NCBI GenBank assembly: GCA_030167865.1
Contig: JALAGF010001161.1
Coordinates: forward strand, 1-32,090
Direction: 5' to 3'
DNA from: Craspedostauros australis
Taxonomy: Eukaryota
Length of the DNA: 32,090 bases
Shown: in pieces, positions 29,702 through 32,090 of the stretch
Layout of the letters: every line of letters begins with the position of its first letter
Numbering within the stretch: the stretch's first letter is position 1
The notes under the pieces: model-generated
What the model was told of the DNA's origin: nothing
Databases searched by the model: none
The model's input: only the letters and a program-made list of their open reading frames with translations
Made by a program: the position numbers and the translations under genes

Positions 29702-31196
29702 CTCATCCACCGATTGCGGTGGAATCATAGAGACGCTGAATTGCGGTGCTGCAGAGCCAGGGCACACGAAATCCATCACCAATGGACAGATGAGCGATCG
29801 GCAGGATCATCGTGAACGGATGATCATAGAATGAGAAAGAGAGAGTGACATTACACGTGCATTCAATCGTGTTACAACATAAAGAGATAGAACAACGACA
29901 ATGACAACAACAACAGCAACAACAGAACATACTGGCAACATTATCTGCAGCACTTCCGCTTTGTCACTATCCTCGTTCATGCACCGCGTACGCCGATGAT
30001 CTGCCGAATGCTGTCATCGCAGCAACTGCTCAAAATGCTTGTTCGGAGCCTCGGAAGGCACGAGTGAGCGACTGCGTGGGACTGATGGTTCCGATAGTGC
30101 AGTATCCTTCCAAGATCGACTGCCAAGATCCATCGCACACATCCATTCTCACTCACAGCCAAAGCGACTGAATGCCACGTGGTGTGTCACGATGCAGTAT
30201 CAACTAAACGAAGACGGGCGACAATGTCCACCGGGACCATACCCCGCACGCACATCTCTGCCGCGACACCAGGCGGCAATGATGCTTCCATCTTGCGTTC
30301 GTGTTGTCCACCGTGGCTGCCAGTATCAAAGTGTCAGACAAATACGAGGGCTTACAATGAAATTGGCACTATCTTCGTCTTGAGCCGCTCATCATCCACA
30401 ATGCAGCACGGCTTAGATCGATCCGCTCAGCCTATCTGTTACTATTCTATCATTTTACGCACGCACATACCTGTACGTTTCTATGATGAACTATCTCGCA
30501 CAAGGCTCCTCCGAATACGGGTGAGCCCCAATAGTCGCACCTCGATAGACTGAATCCATCGCTTGGGGTTCCCCAGAGCTTGGATCATTGTGACTGCGTC
30601 AAACGAGCTGATTATTCCGATGGACGTCCACAGTTCGCGAACGGCCGCTTCCTCTGCGATAGGATCTTCTACATGAGTAAGCGGTGATGCGAATTGACGA
30701 TAGATCCACGAGTACGGGGCATGAAGGCCCACCTGGGAGCAGGAGAAAACGTCGACATATATACAGCGGCTGGGAAAATGCAGTCATTTACCGTAATTTT
30801 ATGCCGCACATTTCCCAGGACTAAAAAACGAGTCCCATTGCATTTGTCACGGATCATTGGCAGCAACAACTGGGACCATTTGCTGAGTTTTGATTAGTAC
30901 TAACATGGGGTACCAACATAGTGGTTGTCATCTCCACCGACGCACATGTCGCTGAAATACTCGGCCGATACTGCGACCGCAATTTTGACGCAGCTGTCAC
31001 TACTGATTTCGATGCGTTGGTACTCCCATGACGAACATGTTACTATGGATTGAAGCACGGTGCAGTTCAGTTGAGATGTTGTGTTATCTTTGGTGGCTAT
31101 TTCATTCCTGGTTTACTACGTTCTTTTTTGGGTTGTTTTTGTATTTGTGGGGGTTTTGTGCTGTTTGCTTCTGTTGGCTGTTTGTGGCGATTGCTG

Positions 31197-31382
31197 TTTC
31201 TTTTCATAGTTGGTGCTGTCCGTTGTTCCTTTCTCTTGGCTCTGTTGCTTGTGCTTTCTTTTCATAGTTGGTGCTGTCCGTTTTTCGTTTCTGTTGGCTC
31301 TGTTGCTTGTGCTTTCTTTTTATAGTTGGTGCTGTTGCTTGTGCTCACTCTTTCTCTTCATAGTTGGTGCTATTGCTTGTGC
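31197..31382. repeat. Degenerate minisatellite: two 58-bp units plus two 32-bp internally deleted units
   Basis: The unit TTTCTTTTCATAGTTGGTGCTGTCCGTT...GGCTCTGTTGCTTGTGC occurs at 31197-31254 and 31255-31312. Short units are at 31313-31344 and 31351-31382. Confidence 0.88.
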
Positions 31383-32088
31383 TCTCTTCGTTGCTGCTGC
31401 TTTCTTCGTCAGTGCTCTCTTCGGACGCACCTGGCTGTGGGGGCGCGTTGCCTGCTGCTCTTGCCATGGCAGCTGCTGCTGCTGCTATGGCTGTCGCACG
31501 TGGCTGCGGGGGCACATTGGCCGCCATCGCGACTCCTGTGGTGGTTGGTGTGTTGACGGCTGCTGCCACGCCTGGCTGTGGGGGCGCGTTGGCCGCCGTC
31601 TCGACTCCGGTGTTGGTTGGTGTGTTGGTTGGTGTGTTGGTTGGTGTGTTGGTTGGTGTGCTGGTTGGTGCGCTGGCTGGTGCTGCGGAAGCAGCTACCA
31701 TTGGGCGTGTGGACACCGCGGTGGGTGGGTCCTTGCGCTGCTTTGTTGCAGCAACGCACCCATGGTTCCAGTTGGGTGCGTTGCCGGTGGGGCGGGGACC
31801 GCCATGGTGAGAGGCGGTCCCAACGTGGTGGCGTGTGTTGTTGTTGGATGGTGTTGTGTTGGGGTGGTTTTGGTTTTTGTGGTTGTTGTTGTGGGCTGGA
31901 GAGACGGAATCTGCACTGCTGGAGTCAATGGTGCGGACACTGCGCACGCTCGCAGTGTGTTGGTGTTGTTCGTTGCTGTTGCTCCTGACGATCTCCGGTG
32001 CAATCACCACTTCCGCGTTCGTGTTGGTGCTGACATACGACTGCACACGATCAGCATGGACGGCATTCGCATTGGTCTTTTCAGCGAC
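31345..32088 (-). CDS. 5'-truncated low-complexity Ala/Pro/Thr/Asn-rich hypothetical protein with internal repeats
   Basis: The frame of ORF 31345..32046 stays open to the window edge (VAEKTNANAVHADRVQSY...). It has (TPTN)x4-5 and three AxNxPPQP repeats whose spacing preserves the frame. No recognisable domain is present. Confidence 0.5.
   Translation of the reverse strand, partial: VAEKTNANAVHADRVQSYVSTNTNAEVVIAPEIVRSNSNEQHQHTASVRSVRTIDSSSADSVSPAHNNNHKNQNHPNTTPSNNNTRHHVGTASHHGGPRPTGNAPNWNHGCVAATKQRKDPPTAVSTRPMVAASAAPASAPTSTPTNTPTNTPTNTPTNTGVETAANAPPQPGVAAAVNTPTTTGVAMAANVPPQPRATAIAAAAAAMARAAGNAPPQPGASEESTDEESSSNEESTSNSTNYEEKE
31425..31682. repeat. Three ~69-72 bp imperfect repeats (core TGGCTGyGGGGGCrCrTTG) plus a 12-bp tandem (GGTTGGTGTGTT)n
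   Basis: Cores lie near 31432, 31501 and 31573, and the 12-mer array is at ~31609-31682. Confidence 0.85.
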
Positions 32089-32090
32089 AA

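Noticed and set aside
30481..31348. Possible further minus-strand exons of the terminal ORF (donor-like GA|GTGAGC at 31348; acceptor-like sites near 31042 and 30733)
   Set aside because: The splice phases I tested led to early stops or to peptides without recognisable features. It needs RNA-seq.
31197..31682. Repeat arrays considered as CRISPR-like
   Set aside because: The units are degenerate tandem copies without unique regular spacers, the context is eukaryotic, and no cas genes are present.
1..32090. A coherent novel multi-gene system or horizontally acquired island
   Set aside because: The genes are functionally heterogeneous, look host-like in style, and have mixed orientation. No operon-like, viral or mobile hallmarks were found.

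Overview
Eukaryotic nuclear DNA, most likely from a (pennate) diatom. This is inferred from a bipartite ASAF-type plastid presequence, GT-AG introns, mostly single-exon genes, and protein types typical of diatoms. About 11 protein-coding loci are supportable: a 5'-truncated FUT8/GT23-like glycosyltransferase, a 2-exon KA1-like plus armadillo-like protein (first exon missed by the ORF track), a TspO/MBR-like membrane protein, a large disordered PDZ protein, a small hypothetical protein, a FAX/metaxin-like GST, an UNC-93-like MFS protein, a 3-exon plastid-targeted formate/nitrite transporter (NAR1-like), a large putative chromatin protein, a U-box protein, and a 5'-truncated repetitive ORF. Intergenic DNA holds many micro- and minisatellites and C/A-rich leaders. 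I saw no rRNA, tRNA, CRISPR array, or intact transposon. I found no convincing multi-gene novel system. The best novelty candidates are individual protein architectures: the split PWWP-like/HTH/AT-hook protein and the kinase-less KA1-ARM protein. All family calls come from reading motifs by eye; no database searches were run.
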